From Macrostomum lignano (lineage: Eukaryota), in the NCBI GenBank assembly GCA_002269645.1, contig NIVC01001115.1, forward strand, positions 435,079 to 499,078: a DNA stretch of 64,000 nucleotides, given 5' to 3'. Shown here piece after piece: positions 46,563 through 59,606 of this stretch; the first letter of the stretch is position 1; each line of letters begins with the position of its first letter. The notes under the pieces are model-generated. The model worked only from the letters and a program-made list of their open reading frames with translations, was not told the DNA's origin and searched no databases. The position numbers and the translations under genes are program-made.

Positions 46563-48180
46563 AGTGAACTCGCTGAAAACCGAGGGTTAAAACCAGAGAA
46601 ATGCCAACTTTCATAGACACTTAAGTTCCAACACGAGAGAAGGACGCCAGTCTCTTGTGTGCTAGTGCAGCTAATTCCTACTTGTAAACACGCAGGTAGC
46701 CATCCAATTTCTGCATCAAATCCTGCTGCTTTCCTCTCGGACAGCTCGACCACTTCCCAATCTTCCCCTCAAGAGCTCGCGTGGGGGATAGACAGTTCGT
46801 AACTAACTAACCAACGTTAGTCTCTTAGCAGTGTCCCTCGAAGCGCGTGCTGGCAGGACCTCAACTCCCCCCTAGGCTATCTCCGCGGATTGAGAGGACT
46901 TCGGTTATACCTCAGCGCATAGTTCGCCGCCGCCCGTCAATCACTGGTTCGGTGACGCTTGGCTAAGTACTGGCTGACTTCTCATATACTGCAGTACGAG
47001 TATCTATCTATATGACCCACAGTGCGCTGATAGATAGGCCGAAATACTCACTCAAGCTTAGGCTAAAATATCGACCGGTTTTAGCCTTGAGTTCGCATTA
47101 TCGAGTGGACTCTATACTTCAGTTTTGAAGCAACTGTAGACTGCTATGCACAATAAACGTACTCGAAAAAATATGTGTGCACATTGCCAATTTAAATATA
47201 CTTCTAGGCATTTGTTTATCTGAATTTTAGATCTACTTCAAAAAGCCGGAACTAATTAGGATGCCGCTAATAGATAAATCGATCTATTAGTCTTATTTTT
47301 TAAATAGGATTTTACAGAATTCAATTAAAAATATCTATCCACGCGTCAATTTTACTACTTGTTAAAATTTACTTAGTAGTCTGATAGGGTTTTTAGGCAT
47401 CGAATTCTACGAAAATTGATCATAATCAGGGTTGCAACTAATCACCTGGTTAAAGAGCTGATGCATTAAAAGCTGCTTTTTGCTACAATTGTTTTATCTA
47501 AATAGTTGAATTCTCTTTATTTTATCGATTGAAACTTTTTTTTGATGAAGACTTGCAATCCTTTTAACGCAATTGCTATCTTAATACGGATTAACTTGCA
47601 AGGTAGCAATTAGGAGGAAAACTGATGAAGGCGGGTGATGAGGGGGGAATTTGAGACGACACCTTCACAGCTGCCACTTGTCGCTATATAGCAGTCTTAG
47701 TAACTATGCTCAATAAGAGGACTCAAAGGTAAGGACTCTAAGCTCTCCCTATAGCACAAAGGCATGCAATCAATGCTTTATCGAGAGAATTCATTTGTTA
47801 ACACGCTTTACCCTTAGCTGTAATGAGACTTTACAATCCCCTATAGAGGTAGGGATGGCGCTTTGTACTTTTAACTTTTGGCTTGTAACACCTGTTGATA
47901 ATAAATGGATGCGGAGAAGCCTGATGAAGCTGCTAATATGAGTCAGTTTCCGGTTCCTCAACATTTATTAAATCATTTTCTCCATCATATCTCAGCTTTC
48001 TCATATCATATCTCAATTCTATCCGATCATATCTCAATTCTATCTCTTTATATCTCAATTCTTCTATCATATCATATCTCACTTTTATGCAATCAAGTCT
48101 CACTATACCGGCATCTCCAGATCTCTCGTTGAACTACAAAGTCACCAAGCGCACAAACTTGAGCAGGTCTCTAAGCTCAC

Positions 48181-48900
48181 CCGAGCCAAACCCGTTGCAA
48201 CCGGATCGGCCGACTGAGTCGCCACCGAGATGGTCGCCGCTCCGTACTGACCCGCAGTTCGCTGAGTCGATGTCAGCTTTGCACTGTTCGAAGATGACGC
48301 CAAGGAGGCTGGGTGATGCGGCGGCGGTGGCGGCGGCTGCTGCTGCTGAGCTCCGCAAGAGTCGGCGAAAGACATCGGCGAGTCGTGAACCCACACGGGA
48401 GTTTGTCTCTGCGGTGCCGTGTCAGGCAGTTCAAAGGCTCTGTTAGCCGCCTGACGATGCTGCTGCTGTTGCTGCTGTTGCTGCTGGTGCTGACTTTGAT
48501 GACGCCGATGAGGCAGCTGGGGTGACGTCACTGCTCGGAAAGCCCTGAGCAGACTCGGACTGGGCGGAGGTCCCGCCTGTTGCTGCTGCAGTTGCTGTTG
48601 CTGCAGCTGCTGCTGCTGCTGCTGGCGGAAATCCGGTGGCGGCAGTTGGTAGGAGTGCTGCCGGCTCGGGGATTTCTTCTGGGGCGATGTCGGTGCCGAC
48701 TGCGGGTAATTGAAGGCGATCTGCTGCTGCTGTTGCTGCTGCTGCGGATTCATATTTGGAGGCTTCTTTCCTGCCGCTCCACTACGGAACGAGAACTTCG
48801 CCAACATGCTGACCGGCTGTTGTTGTTTCTGACTGCCGCTGCTGCAGTAAGTTGGAGCCACTGTGGCCACAGCTGGTGGTGCTGCCGATGCCGCGTATTT
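48181..48900 (-). CDS. Gln/Pro-rich coding exon, probably an upstream exon of the NCKAP5-like gene
   Basis: ORF 48142-48912 with acceptor CGCAG/ at 48900 and donor CGG/GTGAGC at 48181 (phase 0, matching the phase-0 acceptor at 17194). Similar polyQ composition. The linkage is inference. Confidence 0.6.
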
Positions 48901-49324
48901 CTGCGACGCCAATGATAAAGTAATTTAAAATAAGTAAAAAAGTTGGAAAGTTTGTAATAATTTTCACTGGCTAAATTAAGTATTCACTCTGTAGCTAGCT
49001 GGAATACGGCAGTGCCCCCACCTTTCTGTCTTTGCTTCCTTCTTAGAGAGGTTTTTTCTGCTACTTTTTGTAGCTAAATGAGCGGCTTGTGGGGCAGACA
49101 GAGAAAACGGCAAGGTTTGAGATCGAAAAGAATAATAAGAGAATCTGGCCCGCTCTCAAATAGCTGCAGGGCCACGGAGCCTCAGACAGGGCATCTGGAG
49201 CGGAGCGGTGACCAACTGTTAAGGTTAAACATGCAGTAAGTTTCCCATTCCGATTGACCCGGCTAAGAAACTCACGCATACACACTTTGTGCCTAGGAGG
49301 TTGGGCTGTCACGAGCTACAGGAA

Positions 49325-49525
49325 TCGAACCTGGACGGACTTGCCTACATGCCTACGTTCAACAGCAGCTATTGCCCGGCCCACCTGAAGCCTCAATTAC
49401 CCCAGCTAATGCTGGCACCCATTTTACAGCTGAGTGAACTGAAGCAATGCAGAGTTAAGTGTCTTGCTCAAGGACACAAACAGTTCCGAGTGGGCCGACG
49501 AGACTCGAACTCCCGACCTTCGAAA
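49325..49525 (-). mobile_element. tRNA-SINE family A copy
   Basis: Reverse complement contains GTGTCCTTGAGCAAGACACTTAACTCTGCATTGCTTCAGTTCACTCAGCTGTAAAATGGGTGCCAGCATTAGCTGGGG and B-box GTTCGAGTC. Confidence 0.8.
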
Positions 49526-49769
49526 ACTGTAAAGCAACATTAAAAAAATTCATTTTAGAATTTTACTAGCAATCTAGTGCCTTTCTTCGGGGCGGCCGAT
49601 TATTCATGCAACTCCATTAAAAATGCACATTTTCTTAAGAACCAATTCCATCTTCAGTTTTATAAATCACTTTATTCGAGTAAAATTGTCACTGACAAAG
49701 TTTTACTGTCAGTCAGGGGGGGGGAATGCTATGAATCTCTTTTTTCTAACACAGCAAAATAAAACCTAC

Positions 49770-51290
49770 ACAAAGATAGCAGGCATTCCCCCCAGATAGC
49801 AAGCATCCCCCCCAGATAGCAAGCGTCCCCCAGATAGCAAGCATCCCCCCAGATAGCTAGCATCCCCCAGATAGCAAGCTTCCCCCCCCTCAGATAGCAA
49901 GCATCCCCCCAGATAGCAAGCATCCCCCAGATAGCAAGCATCCCCCAGATAGCAAGCATCCCCCAGATAGCAAGCATCCCCCAGATAGCAAGCATCCCCC
50001 AGATAGCAAGCTTCCCCCAGATAGCAAGCATCCCCCAGATAGCAAGCATCCCCCAGATAGCAAGCATCCCCCAGATAGCAAGCATCCCCCAGATAGCAAG
50101 CATCCCCCAGATAGCAAGCATCCCCCCAGATAGCAAGCATCCCCCCAGATAGCAAGCATCCCCCCAGATAGCAAGCGTCCCCCAGATAGCAAGCATCCCC
50201 CAGATAGCTAGCATCCCCCAGATAGCAAGCATCCCCCAGATAGCAAGCTTCCCCCAGATAGCAAGCATCCCCCAGATAGCAAGCATCCCCCAGATAGCAA
50301 GCATCCCCCAGATAGCAAGCATCCCCCAGATAGCAAGCATCCCCCAGATAGCAAGCTTCCCCCAGATAGCAAGCATCCCCCAGATAGCAAGCATCCCCCA
50401 GATAGCAAGCATCCCCCAGATAGCAAGCATCCCCCAGATAGCAAGCATCCCCCCAGATAGCAAGCGTCCCCCCCAGATAGCAAGCATCCCCCAGATAGCA
50501 AGCATCCCCCAGATAGCAAGCTTCCCCCAGATAGCAAGCATCCCCCAAATAGCAAGCATCCCCCAGATAGCAAGCATCCCCCAGATAGCAAGCATCCCCC
50601 AGATAGCTAGCATCCCCCAGATAGCAAGCGTCCCCCAGATAGCAAGCATCCCCCCAGATAGCAAGCATCCCCCAGATAGCAAGCATCCCCCAGATAGCAA
50701 GCATCCCCCCCTCAGATAGCAAGCATCCCCCCAGATAGCAAGCATCCCCAAATAGCAAGCATCCCCCCAGATAGCAAGCATCCCCCCAGATAGCAAGCAT
50801 CCCCCAGATAGCAAGCATCCCCCCCTCAGATAGCAAGCATCCCCCCAGATAGCAAGCATCCCCTGATAGCAAGCATCCCCCCAGATAGCAAGCATCCCCC
50901 AGATAGCAAGCATCCCCCCAGATAGCAAGCATCCCCAAATAGCAAGCATCCCCCCAGATAGCAAGCATCCCCCCAGATAGCAAGCATCCCCCAGATAGCA
51001 AGCATCCCCCCAAATAGCAAGCATCCCCCAGATAGCAAGCATCCCCCCAGATAGCAAGCATCCCCAAATAGCAAGCATCCCCCCAGATAGCAAGCATCCC
51101 CCCAGATAGCAAGCATCCCCCAGATAGCAAGCATCCCCCCAGATAGCAAGCATCCCCCCAGATAGCAAGCTTCCCCCAGATAGCAAGCTTCCCCCAGATA
51201 GCAAGCTTCCCCCAGATAGCAAGCATCCCCCCAGATAGCAAGCTTCCCCCAGATAGCAAGCATCCCCCCCAAAACCCAAAAAACCCAAAT
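49770..51290. repeat. About 18 bp minisatellite (AGATAGCAAGCATCCCCC)n with variable C run
   Basis: Direct reading. Confidence 0.97.
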
Positions 51291-52139
51291 AGCAAGCACA
51301 CCCCAGAAAGCAAGAATCCCTAGATAGCTATCAACCCCCCCCCCGGATAGCTAGTTAGAATTTTAAGCACAGGAAAGACAAGCCATTCTATATTAAAACC
51401 AACAGCCCCAGTGGCATTCCAGCTATCTAGTTTTAGAACTCTCAGAGCACAATAGTACAAGAAACTGGATGCTCTCCAGCCAAAAAAGCTATTATATCAA
51501 AGCAAATTTCTGTATAGCTGTGACGGCACCAAAGTGAGCAAGCAGGCTTGAGTGCTCAAATTCTTAAAGGCTTCATCGCATGAAGGTGAAGAGACTTAGT
51601 TGGAGAGCTCCGAGAGAATTAAGAGAGAGAGAATCTGCGCAGAGGTCAAACTGAGAGGCGACCCGCCTAATTTTACAGCAGCTGCTGCAGCCTTGCCTGA
51701 GCGTGGGAGAGGCAGGGCGGACCCCCCTTCGCTCCTGATGCATTTCTTGTGTGTCTGGGACCGCTCTGCCTCAATTTCTGCTTCAAAAAGCAGGCCGGCA
51801 ACGACCGGCGTGAGAAATCGCTGCCAATTAGCATTATGATTAGGGCTACGAAAATTGACGTATGGTGCAATGTGAGGGTTATTGGTTGTGTGTTTTATTT
51901 ATAATACATGAAAACTGCAATTCTGACGATAGGGGAAGGGCTGCTTCTGTCATTGAGAAGCTGGTTTTGACAGTGCAGCCAAAAAGTTAATCAAGAGAGG
52001 CCAAACAGGGAAAGGCGAAAAGGAAGAGGGGAAAGAGGGCAGAAAGAGGGCAAAGCAGAGGGGAAGAAGGAAAATTGGGAAAGAGGGTATAGAGAAAGAG
52101 ATTTAAGGTGGAAAGGAGGGTTAAAAGGAACAGTGGAAA

Positions 52140-52470
52140 GAGAAGAGGGGAAAGCGGAGAAGAGGGGAAAGCGGGAAAGAGGGGAAAGCGGGAAAGAGGG
52201 GAAAGCGGGAAAGAGGGGAAAGCGGGGAGGAGGGGAAAGCGGGGAGGAGGGGAAAGCGGGGAGGAGGGGAAAGCGGGGGAAGAGGGGAAAGCGGGGAAGA
52301 GGGGAAAGCGGGGAAGAGGGGAAAGCGGGGAAGAGGGGAAAGCGGGGAAGAGGTGAAAGCGGGAAGAGGGGAAAGCGGGGAAGAGGGGAAAGCGGGGAAG
52401 AGGGGAAAGCGGGGATGAGGGGAAAGCGGGGATGAGGGGAAAGCGGGGAAGAGGGGAAAGCGGGAAAAAG
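52140..52470. repeat. About 16 bp purine-rich minisatellite (GAGGGGAAAGCGGGGA)n
   Basis: Direct reading. Confidence 0.93.
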
Positions 52471-53454
52471 GAAGGAGGGTGAAGATAATAAATAGGGGAA
52501 GGGATTAAAGAGGGAAGAGGGCAAAGCGGGGGAAAGAGGGTGACAGGAGAAGTAGGGAAGAGAGGGGAAAGTCGGGAAAAGAAGCAGAGAAGCCCAGAGG
52601 CCAGGAGCAACCATAGACCGGTGAAAACAATCCCAAATCCTAAATCCCAATCCTGCAAAGCTATTCTAGGCCACCTGGCGATACAGATCCGCTCTCTGCA
52701 GTTCCGTGCAGCCGGGCAGAGAGGAGTAGAGAAGCTGTTTCAGTATGACTCACACTCACCTGCATGCGTCAGCTAGATTGAGCCCCGCATGGGATCTGGG
52801 TCTGGGATCGAGGAGTTGACTCAACTGCTAGCTTGAGAAGCCGGTGCTCGCTCGGGCTTAAGCTAGCTAAGCTGGCGACTCAAAGCAGACTTTAACAAGG
52901 TTGCTGCTCTTTTGTTCCAGTCCGACAGAGCATTTCTTGTCTTCTAAAAGGAACCTGGCGGTCTCGGTTAATACAGGGATTGCTCTGTTAATAGAGGCGG
53001 ACCTCCGTCCAAACTTAGCTTCAAAATTTGTTTTTTAGTCCCCACCCTGGCAACCTCTTCCCTTCACCAACCCACCCCCCCCCTGCTGCAAAGGCAATGG
53101 GGGATCCAAAGTCTAGCCAATAGGAATCACAGAAGTCCCCATGATAATCCACCACTAAGAAGTTCTGCTAAGCGTTTTAATGGGTTGACTAGTATAATTG
53201 TAATTTTAGTTTCATTTTTTGGACACGAGTGCAAAATAAGTTTGTTTTCGATACATGCCGGCTAATTTCATTGAGAATTATCACTAAGATACTTTGCGGC
53301 TATGAGAACTTCAAGTTTCTCCCAAAATCTCCTCATTACTTTGTATTCGCTCGCTCTCTCTTTCTTTCTCCCTTCCCCCCCTCTCTCTTTCTCCCTCTCT
53401 CCTTCTCCCTCTCTCCCTCTCTCCCTTTCTCCCCCCCCTCTCTCTCTCTTTTTA

Positions 53455-53491
53455 GCCCTGACGAAGAATTTATCTGATTCGAATTATCGGC
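53455..53491 (+). ncRNA. Solitary degenerate minimal type I hammerhead-like motif
   Basis: GCC CTGACGA A GAAT-TTATCTG-ATTC GAA TTAT C GGC. Stems I and II pair, but the conserved A15.1 is T. Confidence 0.5.
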
Positions 53492-53559
53492 AATCCAACT
53501 AAATTGACTTTTGTCAGTCCTTTCTACCGTGTCAGGCCTGAGATTGGAGGTGCCCTCCT

Positions 53560-53840
53560 CTCTCTCTCTCCCTCCCTCTCTCTCCTTCTTCTTCCTTTCC
53601 CTCTCTCCCTCTCGCCTCCCCTCTCCCTCTCTCCCTCTCGCCTCCCCTCTCCCTCTCTCCCTCTCGCCTCCCCCTCTCCCTCTCTCCCTCTCGCCTCCCC
53701 CTCTCCCTCTCTCCCTCTCGCCTCCCCCTCTCCCTCTCTCCCTCTCGCCTCCCCTCTCTCTCTCCCTCTCCCTCTCTCCTCTCTCCCTCTCGCCTCTCTC
53801 CCTCTCTCCTCTCGCCTCCCCTCTCCCTCTCTCCCTATCT
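53560..53840. repeat. CT-rich minisatellite (about 24 bp CTCGCCTCCCCTCTCCCTCTCTCC); further CT tract at 53360-53450
   Basis: Direct reading. Confidence 0.85.
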
Positions 53841-54409
53841 TATCCTCTGTACAAAAGAGTCGCAGCAGTCCACAAAAGTTGTTGCTGTTTCACGACGACT
53901 TTCAACTTTCAATCTGCGAACTCCCTCCAAAATTTGTTGAATCAAACCCAGCGGGCACCCAAAGCAGGCTGCCTACGCAGACTTATTGAAAGGCAGGCAT
54001 GATTGAAGGCGCCACCAGGAATGCCGTAAAGACGCAATAACACGAACTTGCAGCACTCCCTGGCCTTTACCAGGATGCAGCCAAGCTTCTGCTTTAGCTG
54101 GCTGGAAGCAAAGTTAAAACCAACAGCTGCTCTGCTCCTCGGGGTCGCGATTTCGCTTCCAACTCCACACGGCCTTCCCCGCACTCGCCTTGGCAGAATT
54201 TGTCGCTGCAGCAATAAAAATCCCTTGAAGCAAAATCAGGAGATCAGGCAGTCTGTTAACTGCTTGAACTGCCGAGGGGCTGCTGCTGCGGCTTGTTGAA
54301 CAATAAAAATCTGAAGACGAGCCGTGCCGCCTTTGAGCTTGGAAGTTCGAAACAATATTGGGTATCCTGCCATAACTTTATGGAGTGCAGAGCAGACTTG
54401 ACAACATGA

Positions 54410-54429
54410 GTCTGTCTGTCTGTCTGTCA

Positions 54430-54467
<38 letters not shown>

Positions 54468-54468
54468 G

Positions 54469-54516
<48 letters not shown>
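54410..54516. repeat. (TCTG)n microsatellite
   Basis: Direct reading. Confidence 0.95.
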
Positions 54517-54518
<2 letters not shown>

Positions 54519-54769
54519 GCTAATCGGTCAGTGCTTTAAAATTTCCCTAAAATACCCATCAAAATTGATTCCAAGAAACGAAGCCAATTTGTCTTTCTGT
54601 CATGCAAGCAGCAATTTGTCTCCCCCCAGAAACTAATTGCTTACGGTGGAAAATCGGCAGAGCTCTCAACGTGACAGATGCCACATGTTTACTGCTATCA
54701 ATTCTCCTCGGGTCATGCCATGCAGAGGGCTGATTTGGGTGGGAAATTTCGGATTACTAAGCGTATATT

Positions 54770-54905
54770 GACTCAGCTACTGTGTCTACCATTGCCTCAG
54801 CTACTGTGTCTACCATTGCCTCAGCTACTGTGTCTACCATTGATTCTGCTGCTCTGTCTACCATTGACTCAGCTGCTGTGTCTACCATTGCCTCAGCTGC
54901 TGTGT
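54770..54905. repeat. 24 bp minisatellite (CTCAGCTACTGTGTCTACCATTGC)n
   Basis: Direct reading. Confidence 0.9.
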
Positions 54906-55749
54906 CCCAAGTTTACCTGAGGTGAACTTAATGGGCAAAACTAATCGGGAAATATTATAAAAACAATTCACTGATGGACAGCTCGCATGCCAGTTTACCA
55001 GCAGGTGCTTTGCGTAGGGATAAATCGAGTTTCAACTTGGTTGCCGCAGAGAAAATAAACGCAATATGGAGAGAGTTTTCTGATTCAACCCGACCACCTC
55101 ACGGATCGGGAATCGGCATTGACTCTCAATAAAGCCTGCATCAACAGAGCCACCCCAGTTTACGGCTAACAGAAGTCGCCAACTCTCTGCCACGCTGTCC
55201 CACGCAGTGGAACCCGTAAAATTGTACAAGGGACAGACAGATGCAGCCCCTGAAGCCTCCACTGACATTTCCGTCTGCCTTCTCTTAAAACAAACACGGC
55301 TCTGTGGCGGTCTACCTGCCACAGCCGAGGGGAATAAATAAAATATTTTATGCGAACGAAAAGTCTACGACTCGACCCACGCAATCGAAAGTTCACGCTC
55401 GGTTCACTATTCGGCCTGCTTGGACAGGTAGGCGGCAACTCCCCAGAGATTTCGTAGCGTCAGATGCGGCTTCGGAGCTTGCCTTCTTTTCCCGGCTTTG
55501 CGCCCTTCAATCCCCAAGTAAACCCGAAATCACTTTCGACATTCGGAACTCTCTACCTCTATCTATCCATGGCACACTGACTTATGCGCTCGTAAGAGTT
55601 GCGGAATTTCTAACCAGATATTTGGTCGACACGAAAGTTCACGTTTTGTTGTGGCGCCATCGACTGCTCATCAAACTCCAATCAAAGTCATATGGCTACG
55701 ATTATACTTCTCAATGCTAGCCAGAGAAGCAGCAATGATCCACTTAGGC

Positions 55750-56130
55750 GATTGTGGCCGTAGCCCATGGTGTTGGTCCAGTGTGGCGCTCTGATGTGAT
55801 CGGCCCAGGATCGATCGATGATGAGTCACATCAATTTGGGGGCAAATTGGAATCTCGGCTTGGCTCTGCTCGTGCAATTAACAGCCTTGAGTGCCAACAC
55901 CCAAGGCACAGTGAAGTGTACATGCCTAACGATAAATAAAGTCAGGGCCACTGTACACTCCTGTGTGAGTGTGTGCCTGTGCGTATGACTGCGTACGTAT
56001 CAGAGCGCTTGAGCGCCTGCTCAGGGGAGTCGGCGGAATGGGCAAGAATGTCACTTGCCGGTTGTGTGACAATGTCGCTTAAAATGCGCCAGGGTGCACA
56101 CAGCCCTCCTGCCTCGTCGAATAAAAAAGA
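55750..56130 (+). mobile_element. SINE-like family B copy
   Basis: Homology blocks shared with 6925-7190. Confidence 0.62.
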
Positions 56131-56654
56131 CCCACTTAAGCGCTTGGCAGTTGAAGGCAGCGAAGACTTGATGAAGACGTTGTTTGAAAGGCACGTGTAA
56201 AAAGTTGTTAGAGCTTCGACACTTTTCATCCATAGCACCATCTATGTAGAAGTACAGTGTAGGATTTTTTGGGGTTTCAAAATATTAAGCCTCCTTGCGC
56301 GATGCACTTGCATTCTGCATGTGTAGCGCAGACAATCCCGCGCTACTGCGTGTGTGGCTAGATGACATTTTCCAGGAATGCAGTGGAAACTGCAGGAAAT
56401 TTTTGCTAACTGCGTGCTTGGCTGCAACTTGCTGAACGAAAAGGTTACGGAAAAAAGTCATGTGTTGCAGCATAGTGGGAAGGGATGGGATAGGGTGCTA
56501 ATTAAAAATGCGAGCGAAACTTAGCGACCAAGTTTCAGTGGCTGGGCGCTGATCTTGTTAAACTAACAATCTCGATTGTTTTTTACTTTTTCGTCAGCGA
56601 AGGGAATTCATGAGAATTTCCAATCTGCCCTAACAATTGTCAGAGGGGGCGTCG

Positions 56655-57385
56655 AGTATAGAGGGGCGCCAGCTACAGAGGGGGTGCCAGCTACAGAGGG
56701 GGTGCCAGCTACAGAGGGGGTGCCAGCTACAGAGGGGGTGCCAGCTACAGAGGGGGCGCCAGCTACAGAGGGGGAGCTAGAAACAGAGGGGGCGCCAGGT
56801 ACAGAGTAAGGCGCTAGCTACAGAGGGGGCGCCAGCTACAGAGGGGGCGCCAGCTACAGAGGGGGCGCCAGCTACAGAGGGGGCGCCAGCTACAGAGGGG
56901 GTGCCAGCTACAGAGGGGGTGCCAGCTACAGAGGGGGTGCCAGCTACAGAGGGGGCGCCAGCTACAGAGGGGGAGCTAGAAACAGAGGGGGCGCCAGGTA
57001 CAGAGTAAGGCGCTAGCTACAGAGGGGGCGCCAGCTACAGAGGGGGCGCCAGCTACAGAGGGGGCGCCAGCTACAGAGGGGGCGCCAGCTACAGAGGGGG
57101 CGCCAGCTACAGAGTAAGGCGCCAGATACAGAGGGGGCGCCAGCTACAGAGGGGGAGCTAGCTACAGAGGGGGCGCCAGCTACAGAGGGGGCGCCAGCTA
57201 CAGAGGGGGCGCCAGGTACAGAGTAAGGCGCTAGCTACAGAGGGGGCGCCAGCTACAGAGGGGCGCCAGCTACAGAGGGGGCGCCAGCTACAGAGGGGGC
57301 GCCAGCTACAGAGGGGGCGCCAGCTACAGAGGGGGCGCCAGCTACAGAGGGGGCGCCAGCTACAGAGGGGGCGCCAGCTACAGAG
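56655..57385. repeat. 18 bp minisatellite (AGCTACAGAGGGGGCGCC)n
   Basis: Direct reading. Confidence 0.96.
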
Positions 57386-57994
57386 GGGGGGCTGAAAACT
57401 ATCAACCAACCACAGACAACTCTGGACACGAAGTATTTCGAGCAGGTGAAACGGCAAGCTTCTTAATGATTTTCTTAGGACGCTTGAAGCATTGGTGCCT
57501 GATGGACCGTAGCAAGAAGCAGGTTTTGATTTAGAATTTAAAAAACGAGTGACAACCAACTTCTGAATATATAAATTTGTAAATTAGTCTATAAATAAAA
57601 GAACAAACGCAATAAATACGAAAAATAGACTACGAGCGTGGCATTTACAATTCAGCAAAATCTTGCGACATTTCAAAAACTGCTTGCAATTTTCCTTCTG
57701 CGTATATCGATGTGTTGACCTCCGATTTTTGTCTCTCTGAGGGATATTTTCGACCTATATCTCTAATCTCATTCTTTCTCTTTGTCTCTCTTTCTCTATC
57801 TCTCTAGAATCTCATTTCTCCTCGTGTTTTTCAATCGCCTTTGAATATTTTAGTCTAAAGTAAATTCTTCCTCTCTTGATTTTATAATTTGTACAAAAAA
57901 GCTATTCTTGTTACTAAGAGTAGTGTTGAATGAATAATGAATGTTATATACTTTAAAATGAGTGAAAAACATTTTAATAAAGGCTTCACTAAGC

Positions 57995-58290
57995 GACCAG
58001 GTGAGGCTGAGACCTCTTGTCTTCGATTCTCGACCCAATTTGGAACAGTTTGTGTCCTTGAGCAAGAACTTAACTCTGTATTGCTTCAGTTCACCCAGCT
58101 GTAAAATGGGTGCCAGCATTAGCTGGGGTGTGGCGACCCCCCAGTCCTTGGACTGAACAGCCGTACGCAGCCTTCAGATGCACCGGGCAAAGCTGCGGCT
58201 GAGCTGTCGGTTGCACATTTGCCTTTTAGTGCGGATCTAATCAGACAATTATTATTACTATTATTACTATTATATTATCATTACTATTAT
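57995..58290 (+). mobile_element. tRNA-SINE family A copy with (TTA)n tail
   Basis: Same central domain and 3' region as 5916-6225. Confidence 0.8.
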
Positions 58291-59606
58291 TATCTTCAGC
58301 CTAGTTTAACAGACTTATATTCGCATGCATTCATATCTGACGTACATCAGAAGCTGGAGATGCCAAGGCTTCAAGGGGTCTATGATTTTGAGCTAAATAC
58401 AAAAATCTAAACATTTCTAGAATTATCACTTGTGTTACACACTTTGCCGCTGTGTAAACAATAACACGGCATGGCATTTAGTGTCAGCTATACCAACAGC
58501 AGTGTACATGAGCTAAAGCTATTTAATAACAAGTTGCTCAGGTGAAATGCTGAACAATACTGCAACCCACTCTGCAAAGTCTTTCCTCTCTGTAAGCTCT
58601 GCTTTGAGGTCAATTTTCAAACTGCAGAAAGAAACGTTTAATGTAGAAACTTGTTGTGACAGGATAAAGCAGTCACAGAAAATTTTTCTTGCAAAAATTG
58701 CTTATTTAATATTAAGCAAATCTTCAAATACAGACTGAAAAGTGTCCATAGTTCATGCCTGTGTGGGAAGCAATGCCTGTTAAATACGATCTAAAATGAC
58801 CCTGCAGACTAATGAATACTGACAGTTATTATAATAATGGCATCTAAAATTCTAAATATGTACAACACATGTTAAAAGTTAAAAGCATATAGATGCCTAT
58901 CAAAGACGTATAGAGACCATGCTGTCAGAACTGTCAGTCACCGATAGAGGCGCTGTCGAAACTTCTTTGCACTAAATGGCAATTTTCAAGCAACCATCCA
59001 TAAGATTATAAAATCAAAATACTTGTTAATCGGTAGCAGACAGGCTCAAGCAACCGCATCGCAATTAGAGACAGAAATCTGCTTCACTTGTGGCCCAATT
59101 CCAGGTGTTTTTCGGTTGTCAAAATTTCGTCTGGGCTATGTGAATAGAAAGTTTCTATTCTCAATTAAATACTCAAATAGAAATTGCAGCACGACGCGTG
59201 CAAGAGGTCAGCGTGAGGAGGGGAGGGGGTGGAATTGAGAATACCCACCTTAAAATGACGACTGGATTCTGGGTTGAGTTTGCTCATTCTGGTTGCGGCG
59301 AGGGGGGGGGCTTGGACTGTCGAACCAGATGAGCTGAGGAGGGCGAGGGGCACGGCTCTCTTTCACATTGCGGCGGGCACAATGCGTACGGCGGAGCAGT
59401 GCACACGGGGGCTCATATTATTAAATTTGGAATCTCTCATAAACCGGTATGGGTCGCATGCGGGCACACAAGCAAACGCATCCATTGGGTCAGAACTGGG
59501 TCCTCTCGGTGCTTTGCTTCTCCGATTATATATAATTTCGGAAGCCCAACAGGCAGTCGAGATTCGCTGCGCAGAGTCTTCAGCCGCGATCAGCAGAGCA
59601 GGCACC

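Noticed and set aside
59274-59606. N-terminal extension of the SLC13 ORF (224 aa ORF from 59274)
   Set aside because: Non-ATG start with no family similarity. ATG 59607 has a good context (GGCACCATGT), and the ORF tail past 59750 is intron read-through.
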